From the NCBI GenBank assembly GCA_049840735.1, contig JASGJN010000016.1:11598-75597 (forward strand): DNA of 64,000 bases. The letters are read 5' to 3'. The notes under the pieces were generated by a model. The model worked only from the letters and a program-made list of their open reading frames with translations, made no database searches and was not told where the DNA came from. Shown here in pieces: positions 20,017-28,216 of the stretch (the stretch's first letter is position 1; every line of letters starts with the position of its first letter). Origin of the DNA: Anaeromyxobacter sp. (GTDB taxonomy: Bacteria; Myxococcota; Myxococcia; Myxococcales; Anaeromyxobacteraceae). Both the position numbers and the translations under genes were made by a program.

Positions 20017-20892
20017 ATGCCGCAGGACCCGCGCCACGCCGAGCCGAAGCAGGAGTTCCCCAGGCAGCAGCAGTCCACGCCCGGCTCCGAGGCCCGCATG
20101 TCGCCGCGCCCGGACTTCGGCGAGGCGAGCTATCGCGGCCACGGGCGGCTGCAGGACCGGGTGGCCCTCATCACCGGCGGTGACAGCGGCATCGGCCGGG
20201 CGGTGGCGCTGGCCTTCGCCCGCGAGGGCGCGCACGTCGCCATCGCCTACCTCGACGAGCACGAGGACGCCGAGGAGACGAAGCGGCTGGTGGAGGCGGC
20301 GGATCGCAAGGCGCTGCTCGTGGCCGGCGACCTGGCCGAGGAGGCCCTGCGCGCCCGCGCGGTGCGCGAGACGGTGGAGCGGTACAGCCGGCTGGACGTA
20401 CTGGTGAACAACGCCGCCTTCCAGGGCCGGGCGGTGGAGCGGTTCGAGGACCTGGATCCGGAGCGCGTGGAGCGGACCTTCCGCGTCAACATCGTCGCCA
20501 TGTTCTCGCTGGTCCGGCACGCGCTCCCGCACCTGCGCCCCGGGGCCTCCATCATCAACACCAGCTCGGTGCAGGCCTACCACCCCAACCCGCAGATCCT
20601 GGACTACGCCGCCACCAAGGGCGCCATCCGCACCTTCACGCAGGGGCTGGCCCAGGAGCTGACCGGGCGCCGGGATCCGCGTCAACGCGGTCGCGCCGGG
20701 GCCGATCTGGACGCCGCTCATCGTGCAGTCCTTCCCGGAGCAGAAGGTCGAGCAGCACGGCCAGAACGCCCCATGGAGCGCGCCGGGCAGCCGGCCGAGG
20801 TGGCGCCCGTCTTCGTCTTCCTGGCCTCGGACGAGGCGCGCTACGTGAGCGGCGAGGTGCTGGGCGTGACCGGGGGATCGCCGCTGGCGTGA
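20017..20892 (+). CDS. SDR oxidoreductase (YhdF/YghA-like); two compensating indels near 20670 and 20770
   Basis: TGGDSGIG, NNAA, YAATK; conserved GIRVNAVAPGPIWTPLI is in an alternate frame between the indels. Confidence 0.88.
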   Translation: MPQDPRHAEPKQEFPRQQQSTPGSEARMSPRPDFGEASYRGHGRLQDRVALITGGDSGIGRAVALAFAREGAHVAIAYLDEHEDAEETKRLVEAADRKALLVAGDLAEEALRARAVRETVERYSRLDVLVNNAAFQGRAVERFEDLDPERVERTFRVNIVAMFSLVRHALPHLRPGASIINTSSVQAYHPNPQILDYAATKGAIRTFTQGLAQELTGRRDPRQRGRAGADLDAAHRAVLPGAEGRAARPERPMERAGQPAEVAPVFVFLASDEARYVSGEVLGVTGGSPLA

Positions 20893-20961
20893 GCGGCGCG
20901 GACGGCCGGTCGGGGTCGCCCGCTCGCCGCCGGGCCGGGCCGGCCGCAGCTTGTCTGGCGC

Positions 20962-22131
20962 ATGGGCCCCCGGGACCCGCCGCGCCTCCAGGCGCTCGCG
21001 GGGCTGCGCTTCGTCGCCGCCGCGGGCATCCTCCTGTTCCACTTCGGTGGGCCGCTCACGGCGGGCGCCCCGGCCTGGGTGGAGCGGCTGCGGGAGGGCG
21101 GCCACGCCTGGGTCGGGCTCTTCTACCTGCTCTCCGGCTTCGTGCTGGCCCAGGCCCACCCCGCGCCCATGACCGCGCCGGAGCGGCGCGCCTTCCTGGT
21201 GGCGCGCCTGGCCCGGCTCTACCCGGCCTACCTCCTGGCCTTCCTGCTCTCCGCGCCGGCGACGCTCGCCAGGTGGGACGGCCTGGGAGCGCCCGGCGCG
21301 CTGCGGGCCGCCGTGGTGGCCGGCGCGGCCCTGCTGCTGGTCCAGGCCTGGCTGCCCATCGCGCGGCTCTGGAACCCGCCCGGCTGGTCCACCTCGGTGG
21401 TGGCCAGCTTCTACGTGGCCTTTCCGGCGCTGGTGGCGCGCCTCTCGCGCCTGCGCCGGCGCGGGCTGGCCCTGGCGCTGGGCGCGGCCTGGGGCGCCTC
21501 GCTGGCGCTGCCGCTGCTCTATCTGTGGCTGCAGCCGGAGGGGCCGGGGGCCGAGCTGCTGGCGCGCGAGCCGCGCTGGCTGGAGGCGCTCAAGTTCCAC
21601 CCGCTGGCGCGCGCCGGCGAGTTCGGCGCGGGCGTGGTGCTGGGGCTGCTCCAGCAGCGCGGGCAGCTGCGGCGGGTGGGCAGCGGCGCGGCGGTCGTCG
21701 CGCTGCTCGCGGCGGCCGGGATCCTGGCCGGCGGCGCCGCCCCGTACCTGCTGCTCCACAACGGGCTCCTGGTGCCGCTCTACGCCGTGACGGTGGTGGG
21801 CCTGGCGCAGGGCGGCCGGCTGGCGCGGGCGCTGGGGAGCCGCCCGCTGGCCGCGCTGGGCGACGCCAGCTTCGCGCTCTACGCGCTGCAGTTCCCGCTC
21901 TGGCACTGGGCCCGCGTGCTGGCCGACGCGCCGCCCGACCCGGTCGGGCCCGGGTTCGTGCTCGCCTTCGCCGCGGCGGCCGCGGCGGTGTCGCTCGCGG
22001 TCTCGCGGCTGCTGGAGCGGCCGGCGCGCCGGTGGCTGCGGGCCGCGCTCACGCCGGCGCGGGCGGGTCTCCGCGCTCCGCCGGCACGCTCCGGCGGGAC
22101 GGGCCGGGCGCTCCCACCAGCGCCCCCGTGA
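20962..22131 (+). CDS. Acyltransferase 3 family membrane protein
   Basis: LAGLRFVAA, FYLLSGFVL, RLARLYP, LGDASFALY, LERP. Confidence 0.88.
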   Translation: MGPRDPPRLQALAGLRFVAAAGILLFHFGGPLTAGAPAWVERLREGGHAWVGLFYLLSGFVLAQAHPAPMTAPERRAFLVARLARLYPAYLLAFLLSAPATLARWDGLGAPGALRAAVVAGAALLLVQAWLPIARLWNPPGWSTSVVASFYVAFPALVARLSRLRRRGLALALGAAWGASLALPLLYLWLQPEGPGAELLAREPRWLEALKFHPLARAGEFGAGVVLGLLQQRGQLRRVGSGAAVVALLAAAGILAGGAAPYLLLHNGLLVPLYAVTVVGLAQGGRLARALGSRPLAALGDASFALYALQFPLWHWARVLADAPPDPVGPGFVLAFAAAAAAVSLAVSRLLERPARRWLRAALTPARAGLRAPPARSGGTGRALPPAPP

Positions 22132-22291
22132 CGCCGAAGTAGAGCGCCGCCGTCCAGACGCTGGAGGTGATGGGGCAGGTGCCGGTGCGGCAGCCGACGA
22201 AGTGGGCGTAGGCCGCGCCGGCCAGCGCGCCGATCAGGGCGGCGAGGAGCGTGCGGCGGTGGCGGCGGAGCAGGGCGCGGGCGGTGGGCAT
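22049..22291 (-). CDS. Small membrane protein with GCxxGxCPITS motif (DUF6132-like)
   Basis: Two hydrophobic helices flanking VGCRTGTCPITSS. Confidence 0.75.
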   Translation of the reverse strand: MPTARALLRRHRRTLLAALIGALAGAAYAHFVGCRTGTCPITSSVWTAALYFGVTGALVGAPGPSRRSVPAERGDPPAPA

Positions 22292-22505
22292 GGGGCTGGA
22301 GTCCGTCTGGCCTGGCGTGCCCGCCAGGCGGGCGAAGCCGGAGGTCAGCCGTGGGAGCCAGGCCGCGCCCGGAGGGATTCAGGTCGCGGGCAGGATCGGC
22401 CCGCCCGCGGCCCGTGGGGGACCGCGAGCGGGTCGTGCGGGGCGCGAAGGCCCTCGCCTGCGCCGGCGAGCGCCGCGCCCGACAAGCGGATGACGGACCG
22501 GCGGG

Positions 22506-22958
22506 TCAGGCCTCGATGGCCTTCTTCGCCTTCTTGGCCGCCTCGACCACCGGCGCGGCCGCGGCCGCCACGGCCGCCGGGATCTCCTTCGGCGGCTCGA
22601 TCATCTTGGCGAGCCTGTCCAGCTCGCGGGAGAGGTTCTGGACCGGCACGCGCGTGGTGGAGGCCAGGCGGGTCACCGCGGTGGCGGGCATCTCGGACAT
22701 GCGGCGCACGGCCGTGGTCCGCAGCTCCTCGGCGCGGGCGCGCAGCCCGTCGAGCCGCTTGCGCAGCCCGTCCACGGTCCAGTCGTCCTTGCTGACCTTG
22801 GCGAGCTTCTCGTCGATGCCGTGCAGCGCGTCGTTGCCCGCGCCGATCACCTTGAGCAGCCGGCCACGCGCCTCGGACTCGAGCGCGTCGAAGCGCTCGG
22901 CCAGGACCATCATCGGGTTCCGGTGCGTGTTGCCATTCTTGATCGCGACCTCAGCCAT
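22506..22958 (-). CDS. Hypothetical helical protein, phasin-like, with A/K-rich tail
   Basis: Amphipathic helices; tail AAAAAPVVEAAKKAKKA; typical codon usage. Confidence 0.6.
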   Translation of the reverse strand: MAEVAIKNGNTHRNPMMVLAERFDALESEARGRLLKVIGAGNDALHGIDEKLAKVSKDDWTVDGLRKRLDGLRARAEELRTTAVRRMSEMPATAVTRLASTTRVPVQNLSRELDRLAKMIEPPKEIPAAVAAAAAPVVEAAKKAKKAIEA

Positions 22959-23195
22959 GGGAGCCTCCGTGGATCACCGTCGTGAGCGTCCAGAGAGCGG
23001 AGCGGTGATGCTCGCTGACAATCGGGAGCGTAAGCTTTCCATGTTTTGACGCGGTGCGTCCATACGGGTATGTCTCAAAGAAGGCTGACCTCCTTATGGG
23101 AGTATTTTCCGGGCCTTACCCCCCTTCCGGAGCAAGCAGGCACCTGCCTGCCAGGCGAGCAGCACGGTGTCAGACGGCGCTGCGACACTGTCCCC

Positions 23196-24005
23196 GTGCC
23201 AAGGCTCGTGACCTTCGACCTCGAGACGGTGCCCGACGAGGCGCTCGTGGCGGCGGTGGACGGCGAGCCCGGACGCCCCTACCCGGAGCAGCTGCGCCGG
23301 CTCATGGCCGAGCGGCGGGCCCGCACGGGGGGGCGCAGCGACTTCCTCCCCCTGCCCTACCACCGGCCCGTGGCGGGCTGCCTCCTCGAGGCCGAGGTGG
23401 ACGGCGGCCTCATCCACCTCACCGACGCGCTGGTCTGGACCGATCGGCGCGAGCCGGAGGCCTGCTTCCTCGAGGATGCCTGGAGCCGGCTCGACGGCGC
23501 CGCGCTGGTCTCGTTCCACGGCAAGGGGTTCGACCTCCCCGTGCTGCAGCTGCGCTCGCTCAAGCACGGCGTACGGACGCCGGCCTGGTTCGCGCCGCCG
23601 GGGCGGGCCGGCGGCGAGCACTTCGACCTGCGCGAGCTCCTGGCCGGCCCCAACGCGGCGGCGCCGCTCGACCTCTACGCCAAGCTGGTGGGGCTGCCGG
23701 GCAAGGAGGACGTGGCCGGCGAGGACGTGCAGGCGCTCTACGCGGCCGGCGCGCTGGATCGCATCGCCGCCTACTGCATGACCGACGTGGTCCAGACCTA
23801 CCTGCTCTTCCTGCGGCTGCGGCTGGTGGAGGGCGCCCTCACGCCGGACGGCTACGCCGACAGCGTCGAGCAGGCGCGCGAGGCCCTGCCGCGCCTCTTC
23901 GCCCGCCGGCTCCGCGCCGGCGAGCGCGGGCCGCTGGAAGGCTTCCTCGACCGGTGCGCGCCGTTCTTCGCGCCCGCCGCCGAGCCGGTCCGCCAGGCGC
24001 TGTGA
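23196..24005 (+). CDS. Predicted 3'-5' exonuclease (PolB-exonuclease-like)
   Basis: TFDLET, SFHGKGFDLPVL, YCMTDV (DEDDy). Confidence 0.85.
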   Translation: MPRLVTFDLETVPDEALVAAVDGEPGRPYPEQLRRLMAERRARTGGRSDFLPLPYHRPVAGCLLEAEVDGGLIHLTDALVWTDRREPEACFLEDAWSRLDGAALVSFHGKGFDLPVLQLRSLKHGVRTPAWFAPPGRAGGEHFDLRELLAGPNAAAPLDLYAKLVGLPGKEDVAGEDVQALYAAGALDRIAAYCMTDVVQTYLLFLRLRLVEGALTPDGYADSVEQAREALPRLFARRLRAGERGPLEGFLDRCAPFFAPAAEPVRQAL

Positions 24006-24035
24006 GCTGACCCCGCATCGCGCACGGTCGTCCTT

Positions 24036-24052
24036 CGCCGCAACCTACGGCG
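24036..24052 (-). promoter_or_regulatory. Putative bacterial SECIS hairpin
   Basis: CGCCGUA-GGU-UGCGGCG starting 13 nt after the in-frame UGA; apical AGGU resembles E. coli fdhF SECIS. Confidence 0.65.
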
Positions 24053-24548
24053 CGTTGCGCGCGCTTCAACCGGGGCGGAAGCCGGCCCCGCCCTCCGGCA
24101 AGGCCGGCGGGGGCGCGCCGCACAGCTCCGCCGCCTGCGCGGCCAGCGCCTCCGCGTCGGCCCGGCTCCAGCCCTCGCACACCTTGGCCACGCGCCCGCC
24201 GCGCTCCAGCAGGAGCCAGGTGGGCGTCACCAGCACCTGCAGCCGGTCGGACGCCGTCCAGGGCTCCGCGTCGAGCAGCGCCTTGACCCGGCCCGGCCAG
24301 CCGTGCGCCGCCCCGAAGGCGGCGGCCGTGGCCGCGTCCTCCTGCGCGAGGGCCGCCACGGTGAGGCCGGGGAGCGCCGCCAGGTGCGGCAGCGCCGCGG
24401 CGGCCAGCTCGCTGGCCGCGCAGTCCGCCTTGTAGACGAAGAGCAGCGCGGGGCCGCTCGCCCACAGCCCGCCCAGCGCCACGGGGGCGCGCGCCTGCGC
24501 GTCCTCCACCACGGCGTCCGGGGCCGGCGATCCAGGTGCGAGCGGCAC
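24045..24548 (-). CDS. Redoxin/AhpC-TSA family protein, candidate selenoprotein (UGA at 24068-24066)
   Basis: GSPAPD, YKADCAAS (CxxS), TPT cis-Pro; ends FRPG-TGA-SARNAP-TAG with SECIS-like hairpin. Confidence 0.75.
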
Positions 24549-24724
24549 GCCGGGATCCTGTCCTGCGCGCACCTTGGGCGCAAGGCGCCGCCGCGGTGCG
24601 CCTTCACGGAGCCACCTGCGGCGCCCGTCACCTTGGGTGCGCCGGGCCCCGCAGCCGCGCCGCGGAAACCGTCGGGGAGTCGCGCGCTTGGGGCTGGCAT
24701 TCCCGCTGCACTGCAGCGGGCCAT

Positions 24725-25366
24725 ATGGCGGCTCGCGCCACGACCTCCCGCTCCAGGCCCTTCTCCTCGGCGATCCACGCCCTGGCCAGCCGCTCCGATC
24801 CGGGCTGCCTCATCGATCGCGAGGGCACGCTGCTCTTCGCGAACGACGCCTGGGACCGCTTCGCGCTCGAGAACGGCGGCGGCCCGTCCTGCTGCGCCGC
24901 GGCGCTGACCGGCTCGCGCATCTACGACCACGTCGCCGGCGAGGAGCCGCGCCGGATGCTGCGCATGCTGGTGGAGCGCGTGCTCCGCCAGGCGGCCCAG
25001 GCCGGGCCCCACCGCGCGGTCGCCACCTCGGAGTGCAACAGCCCGGACAGCGCGCGCCTGGTGGCGCTGCAGCTCGAGCCGGTGATGGCCGGGACGGAGG
25101 TGCTGGGGCTGGTGCTGGTGCACCGGGTGGTCCGCCAGCTCCCCGCCGCGGACGTCTACCCGGTGGTCGAGGGGCGCGACTACCACGGACCGGACGAGGC
25201 CATCGAGCAGTGCAGCTGCTGCCGGCGCACCCGCCGCCCGGACGATCCGGCCGAGTGGGACTTCGTGCCGGCGCTGGTGGCGGTGACGCCGCGGGAGGCG
25301 CGCTTCGGTTATTGCCCGCTCTGCCGCGAGCTGCACCACGCCGGCGCGCCGGAGCGGGAGGGCTGA
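24725..25366 (+). CDS. Hypothetical protein: PAS-like N-terminus plus Cys-rich zinc-ribbon C-terminus
   Basis: IDREGTLLFANDAWDRFA; CSCCRR...GYCPLC. Confidence 0.7.
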   Translation: MAARATTSRSRPFSSAIHALASRSDPGCLIDREGTLLFANDAWDRFALENGGGPSCCAAALTGSRIYDHVAGEEPRRMLRMLVERVLRQAAQAGPHRAVATSECNSPDSARLVALQLEPVMAGTEVLGLVLVHRVVRQLPAADVYPVVEGRDYHGPDEAIEQCSCCRRTRRPDDPAEWDFVPALVAVTPREARFGYCPLCRELHHAGAPEREG

Positions 25367-25455
25367 GGCGCGACTGCACCACCGCGGGCGCGGCCCGACC
25401 GGACCGCGCGCGCGGGGCGCAGGGCAGGCGGATGGGCCGGACGGCTCCGACCGCC

Positions 25456-26208
25456 CTACGGCGTGACCACGACCGTGAGCTCGATGTGCCGCCCGTCGGC
25501 GGTCCAGGCGCTCACGTCCGACGTGCAGCTCGTTTCGCTGGCGGGGACGGTCGTCACCACGCGCAGGCGGTCGGGCTGCGGCGCGGTGACGTCCACGTCG
25601 CAGCTCCAGTCCGGCGACCATTGGAAGCGCTCGAACGGCAGCTCCGGGATGATCTCCAGCACGTCGCCGGAGCCCACGGCCACCTCGTAGATGCGCCGGC
25701 TCCCGTACCCCGCGACGCGGGTCGGCTGGATCTGCACGCCGTCGGAGGTGAAGTCCGCCTCGAGAAGCGCGAGGTCGTCGGGCACGGGCTTCACCAGGAA
25801 GTCGTAGCTCATGGTCGAGGCAGAGAGCTCATACTCGCTGGAGCAGCTCTCGTTCCGGCAGATGTGGAACGTGAGGGCCCCCACGTAGTGGCCGTCCGGG
25901 ATCCCGTAACGCAGGTTCATGGCCAGGTAGTAGTGGCCGAAGCCGAGGTCGTTCACGTAGGTGTTGTTCTCGAGGACGTTGGCCGGGTCCTCGATGAGGA
26001 CGCCCGCCGCCGAGCCGGGGTTCGGCGACAGCGTCACGCGCGTCCCGAAGCCCTTCGAGCCGTCATCCTCGTAGAACTCGCGGGTGATGGAGTCGGGCGA
26101 GAACGTGGCCTCGATTGGCCCGCCGCCCCCGCCGCCCCCGCCTCCGCAAGCCGTCAGCACCACCGCGAGCGCTGCGACGGCGCCGAGCCGCTTCCCCTTG
26201 CTCTCCAT
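25456..26208 (-). CDS. Hypothetical lipoprotein
   Basis: LTAC lipobox followed by poly-Gly; beta-rich body. Confidence 0.7.
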   Translation of the reverse strand: MESKGKRLGAVAALAVVLTACGGGGGGGGGPIEATFSPDSITREFYEDDGSKGFGTRVTLSPNPGSAAGVLIEDPANVLENNTYVNDLGFGHYYLAMNLRYGIPDGHYVGALTFHICRNESCSSEYELSASTMSYDFLVKPVPDDLALLEADFTSDGVQIQPTRVAGYGSRRIYEVAVGSGDVLEIIPELPFERFQWSPDWSCDVDVTAPQPDRLRVVTTVPASETSCTSDVSAWTADGRHIELTVVVTP

Positions 26209-26443
26209 GGCTGAACCCCCTCCCTGGGGTCACGGCACTGTGCCCGAATGAGTACCTTGCCCGCCCACGGCATTCGGCCGCGACGCCCTCCGCTGCCCCC
26301 ACAAGCGCGCGGGGCGGTTCCCGCGTCGCGGAGCCGCCCCGTTGGCTGCGATTCCTGGCGGCGCTGGTCCCGGAGGACGCGCCGATCCTCGAGCGAACCG
26401 ACCTGACCCACCCTTCGCCGACGGGCGAAGGGCGGGACAGCGC

Positions 26444-26743
26444 CTAGGAGCTGTCCCGAAATTCGAGCTTGAGGTTGTAGAGGAAGGCCACGGCGGCGAC
26501 CGTGGATCCGAGGTGTCGCCCCCGCCGCCGGTGGTCCCGGAGGACGCGCCAGTCTTTGAGGCGAGCGAGGACGTGCTCGACCCGGGCGCGCTGTTTGCGG
26601 TGACGGCGCCAGGCGGCGTCGGGGACGATCCGGTTGTGACGGAAGACCGGGATACGGAGGCCCAGGACTCCCCGGTATCCGCCATCGGCGAGGACGACAC
26701 GGTGGCCTCGTTGCCCGGGCCACCGGCGGAAGCCAACCCTCAC
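26444..26743 (-). pseudogene. C-terminal remnant of IS5/IS4-like DDE transposase
   Basis: VLADGGYRG ... HRKQRARVEHVLARLKDWRVLRD; ends EFRDSS* at the left TIR; N-terminal part absent. Confidence 0.8.
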
Positions 26744-27989
26744 TGAACAAGATGTCAGGGTCTGGGTTCACGATGAGCGGGTGAGCGCGTCTGCCAAGCG
26801 AACCCGTGGTCCGAACCGGCAGCGGCCCTGGACCCGCCGGCCCGAGGACGGGATCTCGGTGCTGCGGCTCGCGCTGGACGTCCACGACCCGGTGCAGCGA
26901 CGTCGGCTCGAGGGGATCTTCTCCGGGGCCTACCAAGTCCGGCGCGCGCTCCAGCGGACGGCGCGGAATCGTAGGCGGGCGGCTCACCAGGGTGGAGCTG
27001 GACGGTCAGGCCAAGGAGCGGGTCCGGGGTCGCAAGCGCCGTGAGCGACGTCGACAGCGGGCCCTGGAGCGGTCGCGCCGGGCGGCGAACCAGGCCCAGT
27101 ACCGGCTCTCGAGGCGCCAGGAGAAGCGCGCCCGCCGGCGGGCCGCAGCAGGCCTCACGCCGGTCGAGGTGATCCCTGGAGGCCCGCGGCTGGCGCGGTC
27201 GGACGGCGTCCCGCTCCAGGCCTACCGGCGGGACACGCTCTCGAAGCGCTACCGCCTCCTCCGGGCTGAGCAGGCTGCCGCTGCATCGTCGTGGACGCAG
27301 GCCCGGCGCGACCGGGCCCGGCAGGTCGCCGCCGAGGTGGTACGCACTCACGGCTATCAGCTCGCCGTCGAGGACGTGACCATCACCGCCTGGGCGCGCA
27401 CCTGGGGGCGCGGGGTGGCCGCCTTCACCCCGGGGACGCTGCTCGCGGCCATCGACCGGGAGGCACGTGCCACCGCAGCCGTCGTCGGAGGCGTTGGCGG
27501 CGTGGTCAGGATCCCCACGCAGACCACCGCCCTCTCCCAGCACTGCCCCTGCGGCAACCGGGTGGAGAAGTCGCTCGCCGACCGGGTCCACCGCTGCCCT
27601 CGCTGCGGGCTGGAAGGGGACAGGGACGCCGTCTCCGCGGTCCTCGGCGCCTTCCTCGTCCTCGATCGGCCCAGCGAGCCAGCCACGGCGCGCGTCGACT
27701 ACGACGCCACCCGGCAAGCCCGCGCCGCCATCGGTAACCTTCTCGATCCTCGCTGTCGCGGGCGGCAAGACGCCCGGTCCGAGTCAACCGACCTCTTCGC
27801 CCGCGAGCCGTCCTTCGCATGGCGGACGTCCACACCGGCAAGCAAACCGGTGGCTCGGCGAATCGTCGGCACGGCCACGGGCCCAACCCGGGATGAGGCT
27901 GGCTCCGGCCAGACCACGCCCGAGCGGGCCCGATGGCGAACCGACCTGGCCCACGCTTCGCCAATTGGCGAATTGTGGGACAACTCTTA
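26445..27989. mobile_element. IS5-like element with terminal inverted repeats carrying a transposase remnant and a divergent tnpB-like gene
   Basis: Left TA|GGAGCTGTCCCGAAATTCG, right CGAATTGTGGGACAACTCT|TA (15/19 inverted match; 18/22 with flanks); possible TA duplication. Confidence 0.72.
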
Positions 27990-27990
27990 G
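26781..27990 (+). pseudogene. tnpB: TnpB-like (RuvC + zinc finger) RNA-guided nuclease family gene, internally deleted/frameshifted near 26983
   Basis: N-fragment in ORF 26781; C-fragment has LAVED (RuvC-II), SQHCPCG...HRCPRCG zinc finger, DRDAVSA (RuvC-III); no RuvC-I motif seen; ends ELWDNS* at the right TIR. Confidence 0.75.
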
Positions 27991-28115
27991 ACGGTCTTCT
28001 TGGCCTTGCGCTTGCGGGAGTTGCTGAGCACGCGCTTCCGCTTCGCCTGCACGCGCTTCACCTTGGACCGGTTGGACACCTTCCGCTTGGAGCGGTTGCT
28101 GCGCTGGGCGGGCAT
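27987..28115 (-). CDS. 42-aa highly basic small protein
   Basis: MPAQRSNRSKRKVSNRSKVKRVQAKRKRVLSNSRKRKAKKTV; GAAGGAG RBS upstream. Confidence 0.7.
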   Translation of the reverse strand: MPAQRSNRSKRKVSNRSKVKRVQAKRKRVLSNSRKRKAKKTV

Positions 28116-28216
28116 TCGACTCTCCTTCGTTCGCGAGGGCGGCGGCTCGCCGCCGGGTGGGGCTTCCAAAAAAGGGCGCGAGTCTCGCCGCCCCGTGGGC
28201 ATCCGTCAAGGGCGGC

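Noticed and set aside
26200..28000. TnpB-like gene as a Cas12 effector with an array
   Set aside because: No repeat-spacer array seen; only one duplicated 19-mer
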